A DNA stretch of 64,000 nt, from NCBI GenBank assembly GCA_043228905.1, contig JBHGNT010000002.1, forward strand, positions 28,272,001 through 28,336,000. The letters run 5' to 3'. Of the stretch, positions 12,501-25,995 are shown one piece after another (positions within the stretch are counted from its first letter, which is position 1; each line of letters begins with the position of its first letter). Both the position numbers and the translations under genes were made by a program. Origin of the DNA: Azolla caroliniana (lineage: Eukaryota; Plantae; Polypodiophyta). The notes under the pieces are model-generated. The model saw only the letters and a program-made list of their open reading frames with translations. It did not search any database and was not told where the DNA came from.

Positions 12501-14089
12501 CATCAAAATTAGTGGTGAGAGCTAGTTTGTTTAGTGCTATATTGATGAGAGCATTGGGCATGCATTCATTGGTGGCTCATTTCACTCAAGAAAGAAGAGT
12601 CTAAATCATTGTGGGAAGTGAAAATAAAAAAATGAAAGCAATTGGTTTTTAGAGAGAAGGCTAGTTCCTAAACTGTTAAAGATTAATGAAAGCATGAAAC
12701 ATTCATTAAAGACTCTAGTATTTGAATAAAGGCGAATGTAGAACTAATGGTTACTAAGGAGGTTAAGCATGCTAATGAATTGCGTAAAGAAGAAAGAAGA
12801 AAACCGTCCCAAGGCTGATTTACTTACCTCATCTATTCTGCTCCTGCTCCCAGGGTGAAGCATACAAATTATTCTGGCCAAACCATCCAGAATTTGTCCG
12901 AGCTGCTGCTCGTTATGGTGTCACAATTGTTCCATTTGGTGCCGTTGGTGAAGATGATGTAATTGAGGTATGTTTAGGTTTTATTTCTCATATTATTTAT
13001 TAATTGATATAAAATTGTGCGTTTTTCTCACTCATGCATATATTTGATTCCTAACTAAGATCTTTTTGTTCATGAAGCTGTTGATGGATTATGACGATAT
13101 TCAAAAAGTACCTTTCCTTTCACGAATGTTTGAGGATGCTAATATTGACGCTCTTCGAATACGGTAAGTAAATTAATGTGGTAAACTTTCAACAGCAGGT
13201 CATATATAAGAAGGGAAGAGTGAACCTTATGTTATCCTTCAATCAAGTGGTTAAATATTTTATGCTTTGTGTTTCACATTTGGATAGGCGCGGAGAGACT
13301 GGTGAAGTAGCTAACCAAGACCTATACATTCCATTGCTTGCACCGAAATTGCCACCTGGTCGCATGTATTTTCTATTCGGAAAGCCTTTCAGAACAGCTG
13401 GTATATATGAATCTTGTACCTTATGTTCTCCTTCCTACACAAAATGCCACATGCAATCAAATGAGAGATTATATCTTCAAATGTTGTCTCCACTGGAGGA
13501 CACACCGAAATAAATATATTAACGTCTATCGGAGGCCAAATTTAGTGTGTTGAGTCAAATCATGGTTACAGTAGACACACTGTTAAACCTATTTGTTTGA
13601 GCTCACAACTTTTAGTACACACCATCACACAGTTTATATTAACGCTTATGGGAAGCTGAATGGACCAATTTTGAGAGTGCATTGTTTTCATAGTAATTGA
13701 CTTCCAGCTGTGCCATTGACACATATTTAGGAGATAAATAATCATATTATATGCCTTTCTATATTAAAGAAAACTTGATGATGCAAGATGTCCTCTTGAG
13801 AATGCATAACCTAGTGGTTATTTTTAGTCTTCACAAAATGGATTAAAGAGTGATTATTGATTCTTGTTTGGCAACTGGATTTTGTTTTATTCTAGGTAAA
13901 GAAGATCTCCTTCGAAATAACAGGGAAGCTGCAGAGGAAGTCTACTACGATGTGAAAAAAGAGGTGGAGGATTGCTTGGAGTACTTATTGAAGAAAAGAG
14001 AAGAGGATCCTTACAGAGATTTCCTCCCAAGGTTCCTCTATGAGTCTACTGCAGGTGGAGACTCTCAAGCACCCACATTTAAATTATAA
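6589..14089 (+). CDS. Phytyl ester synthase / esterase-lipase-thioesterase (ELT) family protein (alpha/beta-hydrolase plus DAGAT-type acyltransferase), probably plastid-targeted; PES1/PES2-like
   Basis: 14 exons with GT-AG boundaries in consistent phase: 6589-7213, 7520-7571, 7683-7738, 9051-9209, 9448-9552, 9865-9971, 10522-10643, 11004-11112, 11199-11329, 12019-12385, 12854-12967, 13078-13163, 13288-13400, 13896-14089. Family motifs present: PRWFCPLE, PLLLFLPGMDGTGLG, IYLVGDSLGG (GxSxG), SGKDQMLPS, DSGHTLLLE, PVLLVGYHMLMG, LLYPGGAREALHRKGE, VPFGAVGEDD, GRMYFLFGKP, REEDPYR. The N-terminus is Ser-rich and transit-peptide-like. Confidence 0.93.
8324..8830. repeat. Intronic direct duplications in PES intron 3
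   Basis: AGAATGCATAGTGGGGTTTCT..TACGCTGGCA occurs at about 8324 and 8537. A second shorter pair (GATAGATC..TTTAGGAGATGCAT) occurs at about 8686 and 8783. Confidence 0.8.
11322..11790 (+). repeat. Tandem repeat, about 153 bp x3, starting at the exon 9 donor site of the PES-like gene
   Basis: ACAG|GTAGTGGAGTTT has its GT at 11330, 11482 and 11636, each followed by a homologous unit. Confidence 0.9.
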
Positions 14090-16336
14090 CTAATAACGAA
14101 CTTCGGCCTTACATTAGTTCCCAGGAAATTAGTTTGTTGTAATGATGCATGTATGTATGTAACATATCCTCCCCTTTCAATATTGGTATTGGTTTCTTTT
14201 TTGCTAGTGTATACTATTTACAATTCTTTTAGATCCATTGTCATGAGGGGGGGAAGGGGGCACAGGAATTCAGCATCCAACCTTCTGGCTTTCTTTCAAG
14301 GAAGTAAAACACTCAATGCGTCTGTATATATTTTTTCCCAAGAATGATTTTATTTTCTTGAGGAATATAAAAAAAATTACATCATTATCTCTCTCATGAA
14401 TTGATTTGGATTTTGCCTCGTGATATTTAAACTCAAGGAATTTCATAAATGCATTAATCTAAATAATAAATTTATACGTCACCCCCAAACCTTGTACTAA
14501 TTGCAATCTAGAGATGCGAATTTATAAGAAATAGTATATGGTAAAAGAATTAGGTACACGGATAAATGTGACTGAATGATTCTTAAAATTTCAATAACGT
14601 GCCCTCAATCAAAATTGTACACTAGGAACTTTTGGACTACTCAAACGGTGTCTATCTCAAGCATACCATACAATACTTCCATGTTGCATCACTAATGGCA
14701 TCTGCCTATACTGAGAAGAATGTGATACTGTGAGAATATTCATTGATCGTATTTTTAAAACACACTTCTACACTCTAAAGCGTGGGAATTGACACATTTG
14801 TAAGAGTTGCTTAAGTATGAAATTAATCAGAAGGAATGCAAACAAAGACATTTCTCAATTCCAAATATGAGTTTTTTTTAATTAATATATACACGAAATG
14901 AGCAAATCGTAGGTTGTTGGTAATATGCTGAATTTGGAAACAAGGTTTCCTTAACATCATTTCACGACATTATATGCCTAATATAAATAGTTCTATGCAT
15001 CACAATATTCATTGTTTAAAAGCCAGAATGAAACTTTTCTGTATTGCTTTCATAGTTGGGTGGGACATGGACCTTTAGTATAGATAATGACATAAGAAAA
15101 CCCATACAAAGCTCTCCCTTTAATAGCGTTTCATTTGGGCTGGTTTCTAAATCAAGATATAAAAACCCTTTTTCTCAAGATAATATGCACAAAGATGGAA
15201 TTAATTTGATATCAAGTAGCATTGCTAGATTTACATCCATGTGAGTAGATACAAGGGTTTGACCGGTACTTGGCAGCATCTCAACTTTGTTGTGCCCATC
15301 TTTTGTGTATAGACAAATACATTACATCCTTATAAAAAAATTCACTTCTAATTGTAAATGTGTTTTGTCATCTCACTCATGGCAAATATGCTTTGTGATC
15401 ATTGGATTCATCCTTTGTTATGTGCGCTATATATACATATACATGAATGCACTTCAAAATCTGGCAAAACATAATTTCTAATGAAACAAAGAAATAATGT
15501 GCAAAATAATCAAAGAACATGCACTGTCTAAAGTAATTATGCCAGCTTACCTGATTAGTAGTTCCAGTAAACAGCATCACTTCATAATTTCCAAACACCC
15601 AGTCCAAAAATAGTACTAAAAAAGCAAGCCAAATACAAACTTCACATCCTTAAAATGAAATTACATAGATTCTACTACTATCCATGTTAAGGATAATCTT
15701 GATGACTTGTTTAGGTTAGATATGCCTGAATGACACTCAAATTAGACATATGAATGTACAAATAGGATTCAAAATAGCTGCGTATAGGAACGTGACAGAT
15801 AAGTTTCAGATACTAGTGCACATCCATTCAACGTTTTCGAAATTGATCAAGAATGGCATATCATATCCACCCAATCTCACTCTCTTCCTTAACAAGAGTT
15901 TATTAAGGACATACCTACTGCACTACACATGTAACAAAATCGCCAATAAGAAAGTACTTGTGGTGGACAGAGTCAAGGATCCAAGTAATTCTCTCTTGTG
16001 CCTGTAGTATGTACAAGAAAAGAAAAGGTTCAACAAGTTTGACACAAAATATCTGATCTCTTTGATAACAGCTTTCTCGGAGGACTTTAATAAGGCATGA
16101 ACTGTTCTTGGTTTCTGACAGGAGTCTGATTGAGGTCTTCGATGAAAACTGGATATCTTGGCCATTTACCGCATGCCAATTTCAAGAGTGTTATAATATT
16201 CTGATCTCCTATCTCCCTGCATTATATTTTATTTGTGAAAGAGCAGCTATTTATACCTAGGATCCTCTGCATAGAAGAAATTTTCAATCCTTGGCACACT
16301 GCACCTCCAAATAGTGTAAGCATTCACACTACAAAG

Positions 16337-18125
16337 TTATTCGGTTCCTTTTAAATCATTCAGGCACTTTGAGATGATGGAAACAATCAATGGTGGACGG
16401 TCATCATGTAAGACATCATTAATATGCTGAATTGTTCCACTTGCAGCAATATCTTTATGATCAAGACCTATAGCAGCAGAGCATTATTTTTAGTTGCTGA
16501 TAAAAGATAATTGAACAATAAACACGCTTCCTCTTCCTAATAAATTATGGGGAAACACTCGAAAATACTGCTGACATTTTTGTATTTCCCCAAATGCCCC
16601 TGAGTTTATTTATTTCACAAATACCAGTGTTCAGGTGTTCAGCCCCCATAGAAAGAAAAAGGTGATGAGTTGACCAGATAATTGCTCTTTCTGGGGTTGA
16701 CAGTTCAAAGGTGGTGAAATAATGAAAACTTAGGAGCATTACAGAGTACCGATAGGAAACATGAATTGAAAAGCGCGCGCACACACACACACTCATCAAG
16801 ATCTACCTTTATCACAATCTTTTATTCCAAGCTCAGGCGTACTATGATCGAGTTGTACCATGGCATCTCTTCCAGCATAGCTACATTCAATTTGGTCATC
16901 AACATCAATTTTTTTACTACATGGATCAGATTTTTCATCTAGAATAATCTGGGCGTTACATGTATTAATTCTACTTGAGATTTGGGTGACATTAGCTGGT
17001 ACGTCTTTGTTTATTAGAGCATATGGACACTTAGGTTGTCCTGTATGGGCATCACTGGTTGTCTGTTCTTCTTTTGGATGAATCTGACAATTTCTTGTAT
17101 CAATTCTATTTGAGATGTGGTGGATATTACTGTTGTCTCTGTTTCTCAGATTATCTTCATGAACGAGTCCAATATGTGCATCAACGATTGTACTCTCATC
17201 TTCTTCTGGAGTAATCTTACTGTTACTTGTAACAAATTTATCTGAGCTTTGGTGGACATTGGATGTAACATTTTTGTTTGCCATACAATCTTCATAAACA
17301 CGTTGTCCTATATGGGCATCACTGCATTGTTGAACATTAGATGATGTGTCTGTACTCCCAAGTTCAGATTCCTTTTCCTGAAGATCATGTTGATGAGGTT
17401 TTCCTAAGGTAATACTTTGATCATGTACAGATTTGGCTTCTGATGGGAAAAACAAAAGGCAGTAAGAAAAGTTACGTTTTACGAAATAACAACTCTAAAC
17501 ATGTGAAAAAGGAAGTTTCTTTCTATATCTTAAGATCCGTTTGGAAAGGAAACAACAAAAAAGAGATGAAAGGAAACAAAAATGTGCATAGATGGATATA
17601 TAGCAGCATCTATAACATATCATGCATTATGTAGGGGGCTACGTGGAGCATTTTGCTTGAGAAATATTGTCACAATTTACCTTGTTTTTCACTTGGAATG
17701 GCTACTGGAGCACATGTTGAGTTACCCATTCCATCTAACGCAGCAAAAGTTTGTTCATCCAATTTAAAACATAAGCCCTCTGCGTTTCTCTCCTCTAAAT
17801 TCATTTTCCAAAAGCTTTCTTTACCAGGAGGTCTAGAACTCTCCCAATTCTTGACCTTTGAAAAGGCAAGCATTAACTTATTCCACTTGTCTCTGCATTG
17901 TGGTCCAGTTCGATTGATCCCACTGTTATGACAATACGCTGATATCTCTTGCCACTTCTCTTTGCTTGTTTTTTGAAGAATTTCTTTTCCCAATTGTTCA
18001 AGTTCTTTCTCTTGCTTTTCCTTTGCTTCAATCAATACCAAATGTTCATGTGTTTGCCATCGGTGTCTGTATACATATTTCTTTTCCTTGACATCAATAG
18101 GTTGTGTTGCAGATTTAGAGGCCAT
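16337..18125 (-). CDS. Trihelix (Myb/SANT-like DNA-binding domain) transcription factor-like protein, GT-1/ASR3-like
   Basis: Exon 18125-17681 encodes RWQTHEHLVLIEAK..KWQEISAYC..GINRTGPQCRDKWNKLM..FSKVKNWE..SFWKM..ER, the W-W-W trihelix signature. Exon 17439-16807 is an open, low-complexity repeat exon. A probable last exon, 16467-16337, ends in TAA. Phases are consistent, but the last exon is less certain. Confidence 0.82.
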
Positions 18126-18933
18126 ATCCCTGAAACCTACTAGTCTCCATGAACTAATTTTACTTGAGATATGGTGATGAAAAGATGGATGGAAGAAAAG
18201 ACACCTCATACTGCAGGAATAGTGTTATTCCATAAGTTATTAAAGCCCTGAAATAAGAAACAGAACATATACAAACTGCTAACAAACTGAAATGGAAACA
18301 GACACTATGCCTCAATTGCTTGACTTTAAAACGGTAATACCTAAACATATATTTGACTATTGAGATGAAATGTCGATGATCCGAAGAATGTCCACCATCA
18401 ACTAAAATTTTCCAAATTTATGCATGATACCAAATGTTAACGCTGGCCATTATTCTGGGACAACGCATAAGACATTGGAATTAAAAATGGAGTTGTTTCT
18501 CACTATTTACATCGAATTCGAGCATAGAAATTGACGTTTTGAGCAGGTAAATAAAGTTTATTTTCACTCTTACATAAGATTTGAGATGGAAACTAAAGAT
18601 TGTTTCATAGATAATGCATAGAACGAGGATTTCATTCATTAGCACATACAAATCTGGGCAGGAAACACGATATGTATTTCAACTCATACACAGTCTAAGA
18701 TAAGAACGCACATTGAAATTTTTGTGCAAAAACTTAAATGTTTAGTGGGTTGTTTTCCACTGAAAGTTTACATGCTGGATTCGTAAGCAAAATAAAAACA
18801 AAAGAGAGAATGAGCCAATTTTCGTTTGGACACTAACCAGAATATGAAAGGAATGGTGAAAGAAAGCGATGAAATGCGCAGCTGCAGAAGAGAAATTTTT
18901 CTTCGTTTGTTGTAAGCATCAAAATCACGAAGA

Positions 18934-18936
<3 letters not shown>

Positions 18937-18972
<36 letters not shown>
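18937..18972. repeat. (GA)n/(CT)n microsatellite, probably in the 5' region of the trihelix gene
   Basis: Direct GA run, reading as CT on the gene strand. Confidence 0.85.
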
Positions 18973-18977
<5 letters not shown>

Positions 18978-19081
18978 ACGTGTCCGAATGTATTTTATAC
19001 GTATACGTAGGTATCGTATTTGTTTATATTTTATACGTGTGTCTTCGTATCTGTGTAATGTTATTTTCATGCATATTGATT

Positions 19082-19112
<31 letters not shown>

Positions 19113-20628
19113 GTTCATAGTTGTGTCGTGTTCAGACAAACATAGGGACAAAAGTCATGGAAATCTGCCGACCCACTCACGTATTTCCCGAACCCAATTT
19201 GACACCTAGGGTTTCCATTTGACCCAATTGTTTTGGGTTGGGGAAGGGGACAAAACAAAAGAGCCATAACCAATGTCCACATACTTTATTGTTGTTGTTG
19301 TTGTTGTTGTTGCAGGGACTTGATAAGAGGCCTTCAATAATCCATAGATAAGCTTGGAACACCTGAAGGGTTTCAACAAGAAGCGTTCAATAATCCATAG
19401 ATAAGCTTAGAACACCTAAAGGGTTTCAACAAGAGGCCGCATGCCTCTATTAAAAAAACAAAGGCAATTTTCTCATGTCGATTTACTAGCAATTTGGAGG
19501 ATTATCCCCTCTCACACTCTCCATCACTAAAATAAAAGAGATTCATCACTCAAATAAATATAAATAGTTGAGGACAATTGTATGTGTGGATGAATTTTGG
19601 AAACACATCTAGCCATGTTGCTCTTATGTATGGACAATTTAATACAGTTCTTGTCCAAAATTGGCTCCCTTAATACCTCCAATATGAGGTTTAGCACTTT
19701 TAATGAGACTAGTGGCCACTCGATGAATGTAAGCAAGACCAATATATGGTGGTTGAAAAGATCAACCCCTTACTTTACCTGCAAAAACTCACATCATTAT
19801 TCGCACACAATGAGATGGGCAGTTATGCTCCTTGGCCCTCATAACCCAAAGAGTGTAATGTGGCTATCAATGCTCATCCAAGGAGGATCATAGATGCACA
19901 ACATGCCAATTGACCCGAGATTGAGGATGAGAAGCACTTTGTGCACAAATCTGTTGCATATAATAAAGGCGTTGATAATCACACACACAATGGAACAACC
20001 TCAAGGAACTTCTAACAAAGCTGCTGACGTGTAATTGGATTGTTCAGCATATGCAATTGAAAACATTGTATGCTTTTATTCATCATAATTTCAAAACATA
20101 AATGCATCCTTACATCAAAGTTGAGGATCCTAATTACATTCAATTCCAAAGGATATCCATGGAATACAGTTAATTAGCCTATAAATCATAATTAAGGATA
20201 ATATATTACTGTAACCCGAGTGATATGATCAAAGTTACTGATTTGTAAATTTAGCTTCTACTGCTCTCAATGCAAGATTTTGATTTGACCAATTAGGACA
20301 TGCTCTGACTTTATAATAAAGATCAATTAGTAATTACCCATGTTCTTAGCAGAAAATCCTTTCATAATTAGTGGAGGGAATCTAAAAAATAGGTGAACCT
20401 ATGCTCTGAGTTTCTAGCATTTACAAGCAGTTTTTAGCCATTTTACATTTAAGAGATGTCTTATTATTTCTCCACAAGACATTTTATCTCAATCCCTTTT
20501 TTCACACTTGCGCAAGTCCATTTGCAAAGTCTATATGTATTTCTAATGTTGAAGTACTGAATATACAGTAAGGAATATGAAAGCATGTAGGTTATGAATC
20601 ATGATCCAAAACATGGCCTTTCGTTGGC

Positions 20629-23600
20629 TTATAGCTTGCTTTCTAGGTGAAAAGCATCATGTGTCACTGATTTTGTGTTTGGAAGATTTCTCATATCATG
20701 TGTGAGCTTTGACATCTGATTTATTTCAGCTATCATAAATTCTGATAGGTAAGGAAAATCAACATTAATCTCGTCTTTAAAAGCATTCCCTGATCGTTTG
20801 AAGTATGTGGAAGATGCACTTTCAAGCATTTTTCTTAATTCGATGGCATATTCTTCAGGGTGGTGTCTTAAATGCCCTGTGAAAACAAGATTTCATTATT
20901 TCATCATATCAATGAATTGATAAAACAAATTAATATGATTCAAGACTAAACACCCAATATTGACAAGCATCATACCTACATGCTCTGATTGTTTCCACAC
21001 AACTAAAGAAACTTTCCCACCAAGTTTCCGAAGATTGGAAGCAAACATGCGTGTTGTCTGGGCAGGGGCAAGCTCATCATCCTCTGAGCTTAGTATAAGT
21101 ATGGGTCCAATCCTCTGGATAGGTTATCATTAATCATGAGAAATCCCAATTGCCTGAAATCGTATACAAAGTGTAGTTGCATTCCAGACAATATTCTTGA
21201 AATCAACATACTCCTCAAACAAAGAACTACAATCTCTGAATATTAGATATTGCGACGTTTTCTTAACAAGTTGAATCCAAAACCAACCATTATATCTATA
21301 ATCACCAACTTCTCTAACTTAATATTTCAAAAGTCAAGCTAAGATTAAGTTGAGCTTTGAGGCTCAAAATAATCACCATTGGAATATACAGGTAGCATTG
21401 GTATAATATCTTCTTGACATCATACAATTAGTGTTTTCCTCTTTAATCCCCATCTAATTATTTGGACAGTTACTCCCTGTATTCGAAAGCAATTTGTTAC
21501 AGTGACTAGGTGGCGGTGTGCTTATTTTGCCTAGAAATATACGAATTTCTAGTTTCTTCCAATGTATAAGTTACAATCTAAAAATATTCTCACTTTGGAG
21601 ATGCAAATATGGTTATACAAAGAAAATAGGAGGAAAAATTGTCCACGTAATATCTTTCTTTCACTTCCAAGTGTTTGATGTTATAAATACAAGGTTTCAC
21701 TGATATTAATCACCTACCTCATATGTTATTAGATCTATTGAAAACTATGGACCCACCACAGGGTAATGGTATGTGTTTGGACTTGTATTTCGATAACTAA
21801 AATATATCATACATTAGCAAAAAAACTGCACTAATCTTTCTCCATTTCTTCCATATGTTATAGACTATTTATACTATTTTTTCCCAAATAAATAAATACC
21901 TCCGTATAATTTCACCCATTTAATCCCATGTAATTAGATCACTTACTAAGAAACATACCACAAATGAATAAAGTGCATGCCAGAGTTCTATTCGTTGTTG
22001 TTCAAATGTCTTTCCAAACACCGCATCAAGTCCCTTCCCAATTGCATATGTTCCATACAAAAGAGCCCTAATCGGCTTGCCTCTTTCCGAGGCTAGTACT
22101 TGGTAGCTTACAAACTTTGCACCAATATCACTAACAAAATCCATGGGACTCGAATCAAAGATAAGCCCTGCGAGATACTTCCTGATTGTTTCCAACTTGC
22201 ACTGCTATTAACATAAAGAAATGAATTAAAAGGAAAAATGGAGTCATCACATGCAATAACAAAATCTATGTTTGATGAGCATAAGCATTAATTATTGATT
22301 AGGAGCCAAGTTAAGATTAGTTAGCCTTGTTCATATCTATACTAGTAACTACAGCTGTAAATTAGTTAGCCTTAGTCCCTCCATATCTGAAATCGTAGGT
22401 ATTATCTAGACCATTGCTATTAATAAACTATGATGATCACAGTCTTGTTCATTTAGCCTTTATTTGGCTCATAATGCATAGTTTGCATATGCTCATAACA
22501 ATATATTGGTACACTCCGAGAATTTGGCAACTCTTAGATTTTCTAAACCATCATCAATATATGATTTCTGATATTTCGACTTGTTTAATGAATTATCTCA
22601 CTATCATTAAAAAAGATAACTGCAAATAAACTTGTGGTTTTAATAAGGACGGATATATTTACCTCATCAACATTGACTTGAGGGTATTTCCCAAGCAAAA
22701 TCTTGCCACACAAAAAACCCATAGATATTCATTCACATTGGATAATTTGTACAGTTCTATGGTGAAGAAGTAAACGTATTTGTTTTCCAGCTGACACCAG
22801 TAGTCTTAAGCCAGCTGAAACCTATTAGTTTTAAAAAAGTAATGAAAAAGCTATACTGAATGTTATTTTGAGAACCTGTATCATCTTATAAAGACAAGCC
22901 TTGTGACCTCCTGAGAATACTGCTAATACAACAGGACAAGGATGCCGCCCGAGATCCTATCAAACCAATACATGTCTAAAGACCCAAACGTGTTATTTAA
23001 GTTCCAAAGAGTCCAAGAATACTTCCAAGAGTCTCACCTTAGCAAGCTCAGTCAAAGCTTTCAAGGCTAAGTCAGTAGCCCAGTGTGTAAAAAATCTGCA
23101 AATGTAAAATAGATCTCAAAATACAAGACATAATATAAACCATCAAACAAGTCAATACCCATCTTCTTCTTCTTCTTCATCACCCATCAACATCACTCTT
23201 TTCCAGCTTTATCCACCACCATCATCACACACACACAGACACACATCCCACATCAGCAGAAACATCTATCATCCCAATCCTCATCAACAGCATCTTCACT
23301 CGTCCTACTTGAATATCAACATAAGAATCATGATCAAGGGTCCTCCAACTTCAGCACTGTCACTCACAGTATCAGCATCACTATTCGTCTCTTCTTCTTC
23401 TAGTATCAACATCAACATTGTTGTCTCATTTTGACTCGTTATCCATCCACATCATCACCAGCACGATCACCATAGTTATTCTTCACCTGCTCTTCTAATA
23501 TCAACATGAAAATTATCTTCTTATTGTGATTGATCATTTGACAACATAGTCAAACTCTCTTCCTCTTTCAACATCAACATCCCCATCCCCATCCCCATCA

Positions 23601-24239
23601 TCATCATCAACAACCTCGACCTTATCCTCATTCACATTATTATTTGCATTCATCAACATTACCCTCCTCATCCTCCATTAGCAATTAGCATCATCACTAT
23701 CATTTAGTAATGTGTCTGATTATCATTATTCATCAGTTCCTCATCAATCATTAGCATCATCATTATCATCGATCAAAATGTCTCACAATTATCATTTTCA
23801 GCTCCTTCAACATTTACATCATGAATTCATAAGGGTATCAAAAGAATCAGAAATAAATTAGACAAAAACCAAATGATGGACAGAAAATCCAACCAATATC
23901 TTCCCATTCAGTACCATAGATCTATCAGTAAAAATGGGGTTTTCAAGTTTTTCTTCTAAGGTATAAAAATCCATCCTGAAAAATAATATCCTAATCTGCA
24001 GAAAAACCAAGTTCAAGAGAATGGACAGTAGAGATCGACACTTACAGGTTGAGAACGTGTGGATGCAAAACAAGACAATCCCAGCCACACGATTTGTAGA
24101 GACGAGTATAGGCCATGAGATTCCTCTGCGTGCTAAGCATCCATCCTATAGCCACAACTATACCCACACGTGGACGATCGTCTTCATCGACTTTTCTGTC
24201 CCAGTACCAGAAGCTGCTTCGGAAAATTTTGGAAGCCAT
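20629..24239 (-). CDS. TMEM53/DUF829 family alpha/beta-hydrolase-fold protein
   Basis: 7 exons with GT-AG boundaries in phase: 24239-24046, 23095-23038, 22956-22876, 22701-22663, 22201-21959, 21114-20976, 20876-20629. Motifs present: GIVVAIGWMLS..L..Y..LY...GW, PVVLAVFSGG, GLIFDSSPMDF, PILILSSEDDELAP, WKQSEHVGHLRHHPEEY. Confidence 0.88.
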
Positions 24240-25623
24240 AGCTTAGAGCTATGGAGCTCTGTTTTTCATGACACGACTCTCAAGCAGCCTACTCAATATA
24301 TATATGTACATATACATTGCGTGCCAATCCACGCCATCTTATTATTTACATGTAGATGTAGATCCACGGCTGCAGAGGAGGGGAGAGAATATATGACACT
24401 AGTATGTATATATGCTTATACATATACATATTATGTATGTATTATTGTATATATCAATATGTATACATCAATGAGGTGGATATACATTAAATGAAGAGAT
24501 AAGCACCAACTTCAAATTTGTTTTATGTTATTGTTGATTTTTGTTGGATTAATGGAAGTAATCACATTGTTTACCTCACAAATGATTGCATCTTATAAGG
24601 ATTCTCGTTTATATACACTACATTCTATTATGATGGTAGTTTAATCCTCGTAATCCTCTATGTGGATGATATGTTGATCGGGGATAAGTTGACAGATCAC
24701 ACTAGGGCTCTAATGAAGCATATTCGATTTGAAGGATTCAGAACTAATGAGGCATATCCTAGGGATATGGACCTTGGTGTGGGGGCTTAAGGTTATCATC
24801 AAAGACTTGGCAAAATGGAGATATGATGAGATAATCTCAACCCAACAATTGAAGATAGCTCAATTAACAAGAGTTAGATTTTTGAATGATGAGGTGGAGG
24901 GTTCAAACCTTGTTAGGGGCCCTAGAAGTGGAAAGGATAAACTAATTTGTCTTTGAATTCCGAACACTAGAGCAAAATTTAAGTGAAGGAACAGAAAATT
25001 GACGAGTAACAAGATTTGAATTTGCATCTCTAAATAGTGGGAAATTCGATGGCCTTCCCTTGGACGACTCTCGTATCAAGGAAAATACGTGAAAAGCCAT
25101 CCTTAGGTCCTAAGTTTGGACCTAGGGACCCCAAATTCTCCCTATAATGTCCTTATTTCGAGCCTAGGGACTCTTGAATTGTCCATAGGTCCTTGATTCA
25201 AACTTATGGTGTTCACATTTGGACCTAGCTAGGGGGATGAACACTTAGGCCAAAATAAGGGAGAGCATATGAAAAGGAAGAACAAGGAAGGAAGGTAATG
25301 GGCGCTCCAATGCAATAATCATTGTTCTTGTTGTTGCAGGTCTATGTCAATAACCGAAGCACGACGTTGAATCTACGACTCCATGCTAGAATCTAGGCTC
25401 CACACTTGGTCCTTTTTTATCTTCCTTTTCACACTCTACACTTTAAACTCTAAAGAAAGGGTTGGGCAACTTTATATTTCCAAAATACCCTTCCCCTTTC
25501 CAATAAAATATTAGAAAGATGCTATACTAAAATCCTAATGTTTACACACCCCTTTCCAAAAAAAAGAAGTGCCCATACAACTTCCTTTCATACAACATAT
25601 ACACAAAGAACTTTACTTGTAAA

Positions 25624-25995
25624 TAACAATCAGCAACAATTTGGTTCGGTTTGAGAGTGTCAAAACCGAACCGTTTAAAATTTTGAAACTTGAACCGAAC
25701 CACAAAACCGTTAAACCAAACTGTTAAAAAAAAAATCAAACCATTAAACCGTTAAAACCGTGGTTTTGTAGTTTGGTTTCGGTTTTCAACTTAGGTCCAA
25801 ATTCAAATTTAAAATTTTAAAATTTCAAAAATTTAAAGAGTTTCTTAAAATGTGAGAATAAGGCTTGAAAATGAAAAGGTTGTTTAAATTTTTTTTAATT
25901 AAAAAAAACCTCGTTAAATCACGGTTTCTAATTGAAACCGAACCGAACCATTTAAACCGTTAAACCATGGGTTTGCGGTTCGGTTTCAACTATTA
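25624..25995. mobile_element. Non-autonomous hAT-like MITE (older copy of the family at 46000)
   Basis: It begins TAACAATCAGCAAC, like the 46000 TIR, and carries many AAACCG/CGGTTT subterminal motifs. It shares the internal TAAAATGTGAGAATAAGG..AAAATGAAAAG with the 46000 copy. The flanks CTTGTAAA / CCTGTAAA form an 8-bp TSD with 1 mismatch. Confidence 0.8.

Noticed and set aside
24560-25450. Possible LTR fragment upstream of the DUF829 gene
   Set aside because: The composition is suggestive, but I found no TG..CA termini, TSD or partner copy.
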